A stretch of 61,751 nucleotides of DNA, the filler included. It is 6 parts of 6 records of this genome, joined end to end, with 100 filler letters (N's around TTAATTAATTAA, not from the genome) between each part and the next. Parts side by side here need not be neighbours in the genome. Positions count along the whole stretch, not along the records: positions 26,996 to 34,324 come from DRR723986_7475; positions 34,425 to 42,542 come from DRR723986_7492; 4 more parts are not named here. The stretch is one strand, 5' to 3'. Both the position numbers and the translations under genes were made by a program. This document shows positions 30,401 through 40,946 of the stretch, one piece after another; the first letter of the stretch is position 1, and every line of letters starts with the position of its first letter. A model generated the notes under the pieces. It ran no database searches and was not told the origin of the DNA. It worked only from the letters and a program-made list of their open reading frames with translations.

Positions 30401-33400
30401 CGTTCGTCACGCTGGACCGCCTGAACTTCACCGTGCCCGGGCTCACCAAGGACACCGCGTACACGATCACCGTGTTCGCGGGCGTGTCCACGTGGTTCGA
30501 GACCGTGGGCACCTCGCTGGAGGCCGTGCCGCAGTCCGCCACCACGGCGACCGTGGCCAACCTCGCCGTGGTGTCGGTGACGCCGACGTCGGTGTACCTG
30601 GAGTGGGACGCGGCGCCGGACGCGGCGCGCACGTACGGCTTCGCCAAGTACCGCGTCGAGTTCCTGCCCGCGGACGAGGCGGCGCTCGACTCCGGCTCGG
30701 CGGCGGCGTTCAACGTGTCCTCGGACGCCGTGCTGGACGACCCCTTCCGCGACGCCACGTCGCACAACATCACGGGCCTGGAGCCGGACATCACGTACGA
30801 GATCCGGGTGACGGTGGGCAACCTGGCGGGCTTCAGCGAGAGCTTCGTCGCCCTGGAGCAGCACCCGCACGGCGCGCCGAGCGCGGCGCTGCAGAACCTG
30901 CGCGTGGGCACGCTGCTGACCTCGGGGGTGGCGCGCAACTCGCTGTCGGTGTTCTGGGACAGCGTCCCCAGCACACTGTTCTACACTGTGGAGTACAAGG
31001 AGGGGAAGGAGGACGACCGGCGGTACCGCGTGGCCGCGGCCGCGCTGGACGCCTCCACCACCAACTTCACCGTCACGGGGCTGTCCTCGGCGCGCGTGGC
31101 CCCGTACACGGTGCGCGTGGTCGCCCACAACCTGGCCGGGGCGGGGTCGTCGGCCACCACGTCCGCCACGCCGCTCTCCCCGCCCACCGAGCCCGTGTCC
31201 ACGCTGCTCGCCGTGGAGGTGCTGGAGGACACGGTGCGGCTGCAGTGGGAGGGCGTGGCGGACGCGTTCGTGTACCGGATCGACTACCGCGCGCACGACG
31301 AGGCCGAGTTCCGGCTCGCCAACCACACGGCGGCGTGCTGCGCGTGGTGGGGGTGCGAGTGCGACCACAAGACCACCGTCACCAGCTTCACCGTGCGCGG
31401 CCTGGACACGACCGCCGCCACCTTCTACTTCAAGGTGACGGCGGGCAACGACGCCGGCTTCGCCAACGTGTCGGCGATCGTGTCAGCGGAGACGTTCAAC
31501 GCCATGGCGCTGTTCGACGCCACCAACCAAGGCTGCTTCCCGTCCACGCTGGACCAGGCGCAGCACTACCTGGACACCGAGGTCGGCGGCGTGACGGCCG
31601 CCGCCCAGACGTTCGTGGCCGGCCGCACGGGCTTCCTGGAGCGCGTCGTGCTGTGGGCGCGCCTTGGGGAGGCCGACGCCGCCGCCCTGGACGCGGGCTC
31701 GGGGTCCGGCGGCGTGGACGTCGTGGTGGGCCTGCACGCCGTGCGGGGCTCGGGGGCGCGCGAGCTGCTGGGCACCCTCTCCACCACCCTCCTCGCCCCC
31801 GCGCTGTCGGCCACCGCGCTGCAGGCCGTGAGCTTCGACCTCGGCGCGGCGGGGAGCAGCGCGAACGCCACGGAGCCCAGCGCGTCGCTGTGGAACTGCG
31901 TGGAGGCGGGCGGCACGTACGAGCTGACCGTCAACGCCTCGTCCACGCCGCTGGTGCTCGGCGCCGCGCACAGCAGGCTGAGCTTCGCGGACCGGTACGT
32001 GGTGGGCGAGGGCCGGGTGCTGGGCAACGCGTCGGCCACGGGCCTGGACGCGCTGGCGGGCGTGGAGGAGGAGGGCGACGGGGTGGGGGAGGAGAACGCC
32101 CTCGACTTTATGTTCCGCACGTTCGTCTCGCGCTGCCCGGACTGCGGCGCCGCGACCCGTGGGCTGGGGTGGGCCGTCGACACGCACTGGGGCGGCACCA
32201 ACAACGGCAGCGAGGCCGTGCACGCGCTGGACGGCGACGAGGCCATCTCCGCCGGGCTGTGCTCGTGGTTCGGGGTGCGGTGCGCGCAGGGGCAGGTGGT
32301 GGCGCTGTCGCTCGCGGGCAACAACCTGGACGGGAGCTTCCCCGAGGAGCTGACGGGCCTGGTGCACCTCACGTCGCTCGAGCTCGCGGACAACGCGCTC
32401 CGCGGCACGCTGCCCACCACCGTCAGCCAGTACCAGGCGCTGGCGAGCCTGGACCTCAGCAACAACCAGATGCACGGCACCATCCCGCTGGAGATCGGGC
32501 TGTTGCAGCACCTCGCGTTCGTGGACCTGTCGCACAACGCGTTCACTGGGCCGGTGCCCGTGGTGCGGTCGGGCCAGTACCCGTGGGTGGTCGCGCGGTT
32601 CTCCGACAACGCGCTGTCGGGCGGCCTGCCGTCGCAGCTCGGGGCCGTGGGCAACTTGACCGAGCTCGCGCTGGACCGCAACAGCCTCAGCGGCACGGTC
32701 CCCGCGCACCTCGGAGACCTGCCGGCCCTGCAGCGCCTGGCCCTGGCGCGCAACGCGCTGGAAGGCAGCGCGCCGGCGGCCCTGTCGCGCCTGTCCACGC
32801 TGGAGACGCTGGACCTCGGGCGGAACGCGCTGACGGGCACCATCCCGCCGCAGTGGGGCGACATGGCCGCCCTCGCCGCCCTGCACCTGCAGGACAACCT
32901 GCTGGAGGGCACGGTGCCGGGGGAGCTGGGCGCGGTGGCGTCGCTGGCGCTCGTCAACGTCACGAACAACCGGCTCGTGGGCAGCGTGCCCGCCGCCCTG
33001 GGCCCCGCCGTGGCCGTGGAGTGCAGCGGCAACTTCCTGTACAACGCCTCGGCGGGGTGCACGCCGCACAGGCTCGAGTTCGAGTGCGGGAACGGCGTGG
33101 CGACGGCGAACGCCACCCACACCGAGGGCTGCGACGACGGCAACCTGGCGGACGGCGACGGCTGCAGCGCGGCGTGCGCGGTGGAGCTCGGGTGGCAGTG
33201 CCGCACCGTGCCCTCCACGTACGCGTCGGTGTGCGAGGAGGTGTGCGGGGACGGGGTGCGCACCGCGGGCGAGGAGTGCGACTCTGGGGGGGCGGCGGGG
33301 TGCACCGACTGCACCGTCGACGACGCCTTCGTGTGCCCCACCAACGCCCTGCTGCAGACGTCGGTGTGCGAGGCGTTCCCGGCCCCGGAGGTCACCGCGC

Positions 33401-34258
33401 TGTGGCCGGCCTCGTCGGGGTGGACGCGCGGCGGGTTCGAGGTGGTCGTGCTCGGCGCGAACCTGGGCAAGGACGCCGCCGCCGTGGTGAACGTGTCGCT
33501 GGCCGGCGTGGCGTGCGAGTGCGTGCGGCGGGTCAACGAGTCGGCGGTGGTGTGCAAGGCGGGGCAGGCGCCCGCGGCGGTGGCCGACGGCGACGTGGTG
33601 GTGTGGACGGCCTCCGGCAGCGGCGCGCTCTCGGGAGCGTTCAGCTACGAGGACGGCACCCCCGCCGTGACCGCGCTCGACCCCAGCACCCTCGCCGCCA
33701 ACAGCGCGGGCGACGTGGTGGTGTGGGGCCAGAACCTCCCGTTCTCGCCCGACTCCACCCCGCTCTCGTCCGTGCTGTGCCGGTTCACGCACCGCTACGC
33801 GCCCACGACGTACAACGCCACCACGTTCACCACGGCCAGCATCGCGCTCGCGGCGACCAGCCCAACGTCCATGGGGGTGCGGTGCACGCTGCCCGTCGTC
33901 CCCGCCGGCGACTACAACGTGTCGCTGTCCGTGGACGCCGGGGTCACGTGGGTGGACGGCGGCGACGACCTCGTGTTCGTGGCCTCGTGCGACGGGTTCT
34001 CCGACGACGTGGTGGCGTGCGTGAGCGACCGCGCGTGCGTGTTCTGCCACCACCAGGACACCACACCCTTCCGCGAGGGCCAGGTGGCGCAGGGGTCGTG
34101 CCGCATGTGCGACAAGCGCGGCGAGGACGGCGACTGCCGCGCCCTCCGCGACGGGGAGGTGGACGAGGCCGACGAGGGGCTGTGCGCCGTGGTGTCTTGG
34201 GTCGAGGACAAGGACCCGGAGTGTTGTGGCATGCACTCGCAGAGCGTCGACCAGCACG
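27460..34258 (+). CDS. Eukaryotic giant exon: LamG end, 13 FN3 repeats, beta-sandwich domain, 10 plant-type LRRs, Myxococcus-type Cys-rich repeats, 2 IPT/TIG, Cys-rich (PSI-like) domain
   Basis: FN3 L.V..V...SV.L.W...Y.V...Y.FRVRA; CSWFGVRC cap with L.L..N.L.G.IP; CGNG...EGCDDGNLADGDGCSAAC; PEVTALWP / PAVTALDP IPT starts; many N-X-S/T sequons; ends at GTGAGA donor. Confidence 0.85.
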
Positions 34259-34324
34259 GTGAGATTGCTTGCCATTCAAAACCACCACATCACAACAACG
34301 CACGCACACACGCACACACACACA
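34259..34324 (+). other. 5' part of next intron with (CA)n-rich microsatellite
   Basis: G|GTGAGA donor; composition switches to acaccac...cacacacaca. Confidence 0.7.
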
Positions 34325-34424
34325 NNNNNNNNNNNNNNNNNNNNNNNNNNNNNNNNNNNNNNNNNNNNTTAATTAATTAANNNNNNNNNNNNNNNNNNNN
34401 NNNNNNNNNNNNNNNNNNNNNNNN
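34325..34424. other. Artificial contig spacer
   Basis: N-run, TTAATTAATTAA, N-run. Confidence 0.99.
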
Positions 34425-35156
<732 letters not shown>

Positions 35157-35469
35157 GACGTTTCACTGTTTTTGGCCAGTGTTTCTGGCCAATGGGTGGG
35201 GCCGCGACGGCACGGGCAGACGATGATGCCGCCGTTTAGCAGATTGTCCCCCAATTTGGGAGCCTTGCGGTGCAAAGAAATTCGACAAATTTGATCGCGG
35301 GCGATGCGATTGGCCTTGCAGAAGTTCTTCCACCTGACAGCGCAGTGCATTCCAACCGGCGCAAGTTCGAATTCAAGCCCGGTATCAGGGGAAATAAGGT
35401 TCGTAAAAGTCTCACCGGCAAAGCGGAGATGGCTGCAATACGGGTGTTTCAGTGCATTTGGTTGCAGTC

Positions 35470-35520
35470 TTGACAGATTTGGACGATTGTCCTAATTCGA
35501 TTTTAGGGCAATTGTCCTAA
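35470..35520 (+). promoter_or_regulatory. Sigma70-like promoter with two tandem 18-bp palindromic operators
   Basis: TTGACA at 35470; TTTGGACGATTGTCCTAA (35478-35495) and TTAGGGCAATTGTCCTAA (35503-35520). Confidence 0.65.
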
Positions 35521-35677
35521 TCGTACTGGGCGCGTTCGAATGCGCCTGTTCTGAAAACCGAAAACCCTGTCAGGCAATCCGTCCTGCTGAAACGTGGAGG
35601 AGCAATTCTCCACGAACGGAATCGCCTTGCCGGTCGTTCCTGCATGCACGGGGTTTTGAGAGGAAGGAATTCCACTG

Positions 35678-36667
35678 GTGCAAGACTTGATGAATCAGAC
35701 CCGAAAGCTTTTTGCCGCCACGCTCATGGCCGCGACCCTCGCCGGTTCACCGGTTTTCGCGGAAGGCGATCAGGTGGGTGAAAGTCCATGGGGACCGGAA
35801 GACGAGATCGGCACGCTGAACATGATGAGCGATACCTCCCGGATGGAGATCTTGCAGCGCATCGATGCCGGCAAGATTTATGATCTCGGCGTGGAATTCT
35901 TTGTCGGCATGCCCGATTGTTGCAGTGCCGCCTTTGGAGATCCGACTTACCAGATGATGATGCTTCATACGCCGGCGCGCGGGGATGGCAGCGAGGAGCT
36001 CCTTTCGCATTCCAGCGAAGCGATTTCGATGAATACCCACACGGGAACCCATATCGACACGCTTAGTCACTTCGGGTTTCACGGGAAAATCTGGAACAAC
36101 GTTAGCGCCGACGAGGCGCAGGGCGCGCGCGGGTGGGCGAAATCGGGTGCGGACAAGTATCCACCCATCATTGCGCGCGGTGTGCTGATCGACGTTGCGA
36201 AGGCCAAGGGTGTTGATGTACTGCCGGCGTCCTACGCCATTACGGTGGATGATCTGAAAACCGCGCTGGATGCGCAGGGAACCAGCTTGCAGGAAGGTGA
36301 TGTGGTGCTCATCCGTACCGGCCAGATGCAGCATTGGCCGGACAGGTCGAAACTAGCTCTGTTCAGCCAGTCAGGGCTTGGCCTTGATGCAGCAAGGTGG
36401 CTGGCCGAGGAGCAAAAGGCGATGGTGCTGGGCGCGGATAACCTGGGTCTGGAAAGTTTCCCGTCCACCAACCCGGACAATTTCGCACCTGTTCATTCCT
36501 ATCTGCTGGCGCAAAAGGGAATCTCGTTTATTGAGCTCTTGTGGCTGGAAGACCTGGCAAGGGACGAGGTGCATGAATTTGCCTTCATTACCTCGCCGCT
36601 GAAACTGCGTGGCGCCACCGGCTCGCCGATCCGCCCGATTGCGGTCCCCGTCAGAAGCAATCGCTGA
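35678..36667 (+). CDS. Cyclase / kynurenine formamidase family metallohydrolase with signal peptide
   Basis: WGPEDEIGTLN, HTGTHID, GDVVLIRTG, GADN, E.LWLEDLA, PLKLRGATGSP; N-terminal RKLFAATLMAATLAGSPVFA. Confidence 0.88.
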   Translation: MQDLMNQTRKLFAATLMAATLAGSPVFAEGDQVGESPWGPEDEIGTLNMMSDTSRMEILQRIDAGKIYDLGVEFFVGMPDCCSAAFGDPTYQMMMLHTPARGDGSEELLSHSSEAISMNTHTGTHIDTLSHFGFHGKIWNNVSADEAQGARGWAKSGADKYPPIIARGVLIDVAKAKGVDVLPASYAITVDDLKTALDAQGTSLQEGDVVLIRTGQMQHWPDRSKLALFSQSGLGLDAARWLAEEQKAMVLGADNLGLESFPSTNPDNFAPVHSYLLAQKGISFIELLWLEDLARDEVHEFAFITSPLKLRGATGSPIRPIAVPVRSNR

Positions 36668-36680
36668 AACTGTCCTTCTG

Positions 36681-36708
36681 GCCGGCGGAGTAAAGTCTCC
36701 GCCGGTTT
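36681..36708 (+). terminator. Hairpin terminator after cyclase gene
   Basis: GCCGGCGGAG-taaagt-CTCCGCCGGT-TT. Confidence 0.55.
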
Positions 36709-36763
36709 GGGCAGGCAGGAGAAGATCTCCCCTTTGCGCTAGGTCCGACTTTTCTGAGGAGGT

Positions 36764-37729
36764 TCATCCGAGGGCGTTGCGGAGGACGTAACCTGTATAG
36801 CCGGCATAGGCCAGGAGCATGATGGCGCCCTCGCGCCGACAGATACGGCCGCCCGTCATGGCAAAGACCAGAAGGATCACTGTAGCCCCCAACAAGACCC
36901 AGATGTCGAAGCTCATGATTTCCTGCGGGACCTGGAGGGGGGTGATAACCGCGGTAATGCCCAGAATGCCCAGGATATTGAAGAGGTTGGAGCCAAGGAT
37001 GTTTCCAAGGGCAATATCAGTCTGACGCTTGAGCGCTGCGATCACCGAGGTAACCAGCTCAGGCAGGGACGTGCCGACCGCGACGATGGTGACGCCGATA
37101 ACCGCGTCGCTGATGCCCGCTGCCTGCGCAAGGCTGGTTGCGCCGGACACCAGAAAGTGTGCTCCGCCCAGGATCATTACCAGTCCGCCAAATGCCATCG
37201 CCAGATTGAGTAACAGGTTCAGCTGTCCGGTTTTTGTAGCGACCAGCTGGACTTCACCCCTGTGCAGTTCTGCCGAAGGCGTTTGCGTGCCTTTTTCCAT
37301 CCGGTAGGTGACAACAAGATAGACCGCCAGTGCGAGTATCAGGACCAGGCCCGCTTCCCGTCCAATCAAGCCGGACAATGCAAGGCCCGTGAAAGCGAGG
37401 GCTGCCAGAGCGTTGGCCGGACCGTCGCGCAGCAACGCTTTGGGGTCGACCAGCAACGGTGAGATGACGGCCGTCAGCCCCAGAATGAGCAGGATATTGG
37501 CGATGTTCGAGCCGGCGACGTTGCCGACCGCAAGGCCGGCAGATCCGTTGAGTGCCGCCAGCACGCTCGTCATCAGTTCCGGTGTCGACGTGCCGAAGCC
37601 CACAAGGACCAGGCCGATCAGAAGTTCGGAGATGCCGAAGCGCTTTGCAAGGCCGACAGAACCGCGCACAAGCACGTCACCACCGGCCACGAGGAGAACC
37701 AGGCCGAGCGCAATTTCAAAGACAGTCAT
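36764..37729 (-). CDS. Calcium/sodium antiporter (YrbG family)
   Basis: Two alpha repeats GFGTSTPEL / AVGTSLPEL and GNVAGSNIAN / GNILGSNLFN; start reset to MTVFE. Confidence 0.92.
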   Translation of the reverse strand: MTVFEIALGLVLLVAGGDVLVRGSVGLAKRFGISELLIGLVLVGFGTSTPELMTSVLAALNGSAGLAVGNVAGSNIANILLILGLTAVISPLLVDPKALLRDGPANALAALAFTGLALSGLIGREAGLVLILALAVYLVVTYRMEKGTQTPSAELHRGEVQLVATKTGQLNLLLNLAMAFGGLVMILGGAHFLVSGATSLAQAAGISDAVIGVTIVAVGTSLPELVTSVIAALKRQTDIALGNILGSNLFNILGILGITAVITPLQVPQEIMSFDIWVLLGATVILLVFAMTGGRICRREGAIMLLAYAGYTGYVLRNALG

Positions 37730-37856
37730 TTTGGAGATCCCGAGGACACGTCGCTGGCAGATGGTGTGCCGGATTGCACTGCACAATGGCTTTTAAGGTG
37801 CCGCGCAAACTTTTTTCGCGCGATAGCAAAAAGGACTTCCCACGACGGCTATCGGT

Positions 37857-38372
37857 CTAGCCCTTTGGCGCCGGCCGGATATCCGGATTGACGTGATAAC
37901 CGGGGCCGATGGTAAGCGGTTTTGCCGGCATCGCCCTCGGCGCGACGCTGGATTTGAGACCCTTTTCGTGGCGCTCTATTTCCTCGCCCGTCTTTGCGTC
38001 GATGACATGAAGAACTGCCGCATAGGTGCGTTCGGCTTCAACATCGCTGAGGGATGGTGTCTCGAAACTGTAGTTGCGCTTGGCATGGGAAACGGCCTTT
38101 TCGACCTCGATCTTGCCACCTTGCGGGCTTTCAAACTCGGCAATGAGCCGGGTGCCAAGCGGCAGGGGTTTTACGAGGCCAACCGTTATGCCCGCCCGAA
38201 TGTCGGCGATGCGGTAGTTGTAGATGAAGCCACCGCCGGTGATTTCGGCGAAGCTCGCGCTTTCCAGGATGGACTGATTGTAGCGGTAGACGGTTCCGAA
38301 GACGGCGATGCAATAGACAGCCGCTGCCACGCCGGCCAGTTTCACCCACAAAGGCACAGACCCTGTCATCAC
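37857..38372 (-). CDS. Hypothetical membrane-anchored protein
   Basis: 171 aa, N-terminal TM helix, GGAGG RBS. Confidence 0.7.
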   Translation of the reverse strand: MMTGSVPLWVKLAGVAAAVYCIAVFGTVYRYNQSILESASFAEITGGGFIYNYRIADIRAGITVGLVKPLPLGTRLIAEFESPQGGKIEVEKAVSHAKRNYSFETPSLSDVEAERTYAAVLHVIDAKTGEEIERHEKGLKSSVAPRAMPAKPLTIGPGYHVNPDIRPAPKG

Positions 38373-38475
38373 AACCTCCCGGTAGTCGGTTCACATTGTC
38401 AGCAGCGCCGGTGCAGGACAAGGAAAACGTGTTTCCGGTATCAAACGGTGCGAGGCAGGCAAACCGCAGGTTTGC

Positions 38476-38946
38476 TTACTTGCGGAGAGCGTTGCCGTTG
38501 CCATTGCGCCTCAGACAGTCCTCGATCGCCTCGACGAACTCCGCACCGTAAAAGGACACCCGTCTTTCATTGCCGTTTCCCGTCACAGGAACAGAAAGAC
38601 TCAGCGTTGGCGCAAACCAGAGATCGCGGCGATATGCGTCCGAGACCGCGGTCCAGGGAATGAGTATCGGCTTGTGGCCGATCCTGAAGACAAAGATCGG
38701 GTACATGTGGAGACCTGCATCAGACAGGGTCACATCCACGCTGTTGCGGTAGTTGCCGAAGAGACCGAAGCGGATGGTGCGCCAGTTCCAGGTGCGGCCT
38801 TCCGGTTTCTGGCTGGCCGGGTAGGCTTTTGCCAGTCCCGCCCAGCCACCTGTATGGGCAATGACAAAGACGATCACGGACCAGAACAGGGCGAAGACGA
38901 CTGCGAAAGCTGGCAGGATCAAGAAGACCAAGCTGGTTTCAGACAT
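38476..38946 (-). CDS. Hypothetical membrane protein
   Basis: 156 aa, N-terminal TM, GGW..LA..Y and P.LIPW motifs; follows MocR gene. Confidence 0.7.
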   Translation of the reverse strand: MSETSLVFLILPAFAVVFALFWSVIVFVIAHTGGWAGLAKAYPASQKPEGRTWNWRTIRFGLFGNYRNSVDVTLSDAGLHMYPIFVFRIGHKPILIPWTAVSDAYRRDLWFAPTLSLSVPVTGNGNERRVSFYGAEFVEAIEDCLRRNGNGNALRK

Positions 38947-38969
38947 GTTTCTCCGCCGTCAGAGGGTCG

Positions 38970-40481
38970 CTATTCGAAACTGTCGTAGCAGGCGCCGCTG
39001 TCCTCCAGCAAATTTTGCAGGATAAGCAGACCCTTCGCGGTTTCCTGCCGGGTCATCGGGTTGGTGATGCCGATGCGAACGCGGTGATAGACCTTGCCGG
39101 ATCGGCCGGTCTTGAACTCGTCTTCATCGTCGATCAGCACATTGGCGGCAGCGGCCGCCGCCTTGAAGGTGCCGGAGAGCCAGGGTTCGGGAAGCTTCAG
39201 CCAGAGAAACGGCGCGTCGGCGGCGGCAAACATGTCGTAGGCGCCGATATATTTCTGCACCAGTTCGAAACGGGCGGAGACTTCCGCGAGGATTTTCTGC
39301 CGGAATTCGTCAGCAGCGCCGGAAAGAACCAGCCGGGACGACAGTTCCGACAGGAGAAAGGATATGCCGCCGGTCAGCATCTTGTGGGCGGTGTAGATCC
39401 GCTGTGCGTGAGACAGCGGGCTGGAAACCCAGCCGCCACGCACGCCTGCCGTCACGGACTTGGACAGCGACCCAACATGAAAGGTACGCTCCGGTGCCAG
39501 TGCGGCGAGCGGGGGCGGCGAGGTTTCGCGCAAGGAACCGTAGACCTCGTCCTCGATGATCCAGAGATTGTACTGGCGGGCGATGGTTACAATGTCCGCA
39601 CGGCGCTGTTCACCCATCATGCCGAGGGTCGGATTATGCATGGTCGGCATCACGAACAGCAGCTTCGGGTGTTTCTGCGCGCAGACCCTTGCGAGATCTT
39701 CGGGCAGGGGACCTTCGTCGTCCCTTGCGATCTGCACTGGCCTGCGGCCGGAGAGAGCCGCGCCACGGGCAATCGAGCTGTAGGTCAGTTCCTCGAAGGC
39801 GACCTGATCACCAGGTGCTGTCGTTGCCGCGATGATTGCCATGATTGCCGCCTGGGCGCCTGTCGTCGGCACGATGCTGCCTTCCGGCGGCTGCCAGCCG
39901 GCACGGGACAGCCAGATTCGCCCGGCCTGGCGCCAGCTTTCAGGCACGGAGCGGGTATAGCTGGCAATTTCGTACGGCGCATCACGGGTGATGTCTGCCG
40001 TCAGCCTTCCGATGACGCCGGCCTGGCCGATCTCGGGAGCGGATGTGCTGTCGAAGCGGATTGCCTCCGGTGAAGGCACCATGACCCTGGTGCCGCCAAA
40101 GGCGACATCCTTGGGCATGTGCATCGCACCCTGGGTCCACGAAGAGGCAGACATGTCATGCGCGGCTGAGCCGTTGGTCTGCTGTGCCGGCCGGTCTAGG
40201 TCCGGTTTGGTGTCTTCTTCGAGTGAGGGTTCATACGTGCTGCCGAGCACGAATGTGCCGCGCCCGACTTCGCCGCTGACAAGGCCACGCTGACGGATCA
40301 GGGCGTAGGCGCGTCCTATGGTGCCGACAGTGACACCCAGATCATACGCAAGGTCGCGCTGTGGCGGCAGTTTGGAACCGGCGCCAAGCGTACCAGTGGC
40401 AATATCCTCGGCGATGCGGTCCGCCAGCCGGATGTAGAGGGGCCCTTGGCCCTCGGGAATCTTTGGGTGCCAATTTGTCAT
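38970..40481 (-). CDS. MocR/GabR-family PLP-dependent transcriptional regulator
   Basis: GntR HTH (LPPQRDLAYDLGVTVGTIGRAY) plus aminotransferase domain (PTMHNPT, IIEDEVY, SLSK). Confidence 0.92.
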   Translation of the reverse strand: MTNWHPKIPEGQGPLYIRLADRIAEDIATGTLGAGSKLPPQRDLAYDLGVTVGTIGRAYALIRQRGLVSGEVGRGTFVLGSTYEPSLEEDTKPDLDRPAQQTNGSAAHDMSASSWTQGAMHMPKDVAFGGTRVMVPSPEAIRFDSTSAPEIGQAGVIGRLTADITRDAPYEIASYTRSVPESWRQAGRIWLSRAGWQPPEGSIVPTTGAQAAIMAIIAATTAPGDQVAFEELTYSSIARGAALSGRRPVQIARDDEGPLPEDLARVCAQKHPKLLFVMPTMHNPTLGMMGEQRRADIVTIARQYNLWIIEDEVYGSLRETSPPPLAALAPERTFHVGSLSKSVTAGVRGGWVSSPLSHAQRIYTAHKMLTGGISFLLSELSSRLVLSGAADEFRQKILAEVSARFELVQKYIGAYDMFAAADAPFLWLKLPEPWLSGTFKAAAAAANVLIDDEDEFKTGRSGKVYHRVRIGITNPMTRQETAKGLLILQNLLEDSGACYDSFE

Positions 40482-40583
40482 GGTGACAATTTAATATATT
40501 GCATCCCGAATGGAGTCAATTCATATGATTGTAGCGCAACAATGCGCCCAATTGATGCAATTGTCACCCTGGAGATGTCTCAA

Positions 40584-40823
40584 ATGAGTTCAATCGAAAC
40601 AATATCCGGGCGCCCGATATCGCGGCTCCGGATTCCCGGCGGTTTTGCCAAAACGGCTTTCAGCTATCTTAAGGATTGGTTTGTCAGACGCCGGACCCGC
40701 CTGGAACTTCTGGAATTGTCAGACGCGGCCCTTGAGGACCTCGGATTGACCCGGGAAGCTGCGCTTGCCGAGGCAATGCGCCCCTTCTGGGATACCGAAA
40801 GCCGGCGCAAGGGCCGGTATTGA
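40584..40823 (+). CDS. DUF1127 small protein
   Basis: W..RRRTRLELLELSDAALEDLGLTR signature; GGAG RBS. Confidence 0.85.
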   Translation: MSSIETISGRPISRLRIPGGFAKTAFSYLKDWFVRRRTRLELLELSDAALEDLGLTREAALAEAMRPFWDTESRRKGRY

Positions 40824-40946
40824 TGCGGAGATCATTGGCGATCCCCCAAAACAAGGACCTGCTACCCCTGGCGAGTCTTTGTTGATGCCGGACACGATGC
40901 AGCCCGTGTCCGGCATCCTTGTTTTCAATTCCGTATCAAGGTGCCG

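Noticed and set aside
27159..34275. Very long alternative-frame and antisense ORFs (2367, 1360, 930 and 663 aa)
   Set aside because: Shadows of a high-GC3 coding exon; R/G/A-rich with no domain motifs.
27220..34380. Single 2386-aa bacterial-type ORF
   Set aside because: Its N-terminus reads through intron-like GT-rich DNA and its C-terminus through a CA-repeat intron into the spacer; the spliced model fits better.
37730..37856. yybP-ykoY (Mn) riboswitch upstream of the Ca/Na antiporter
   Set aside because: Could not find the conserved GGGGAGUA core.
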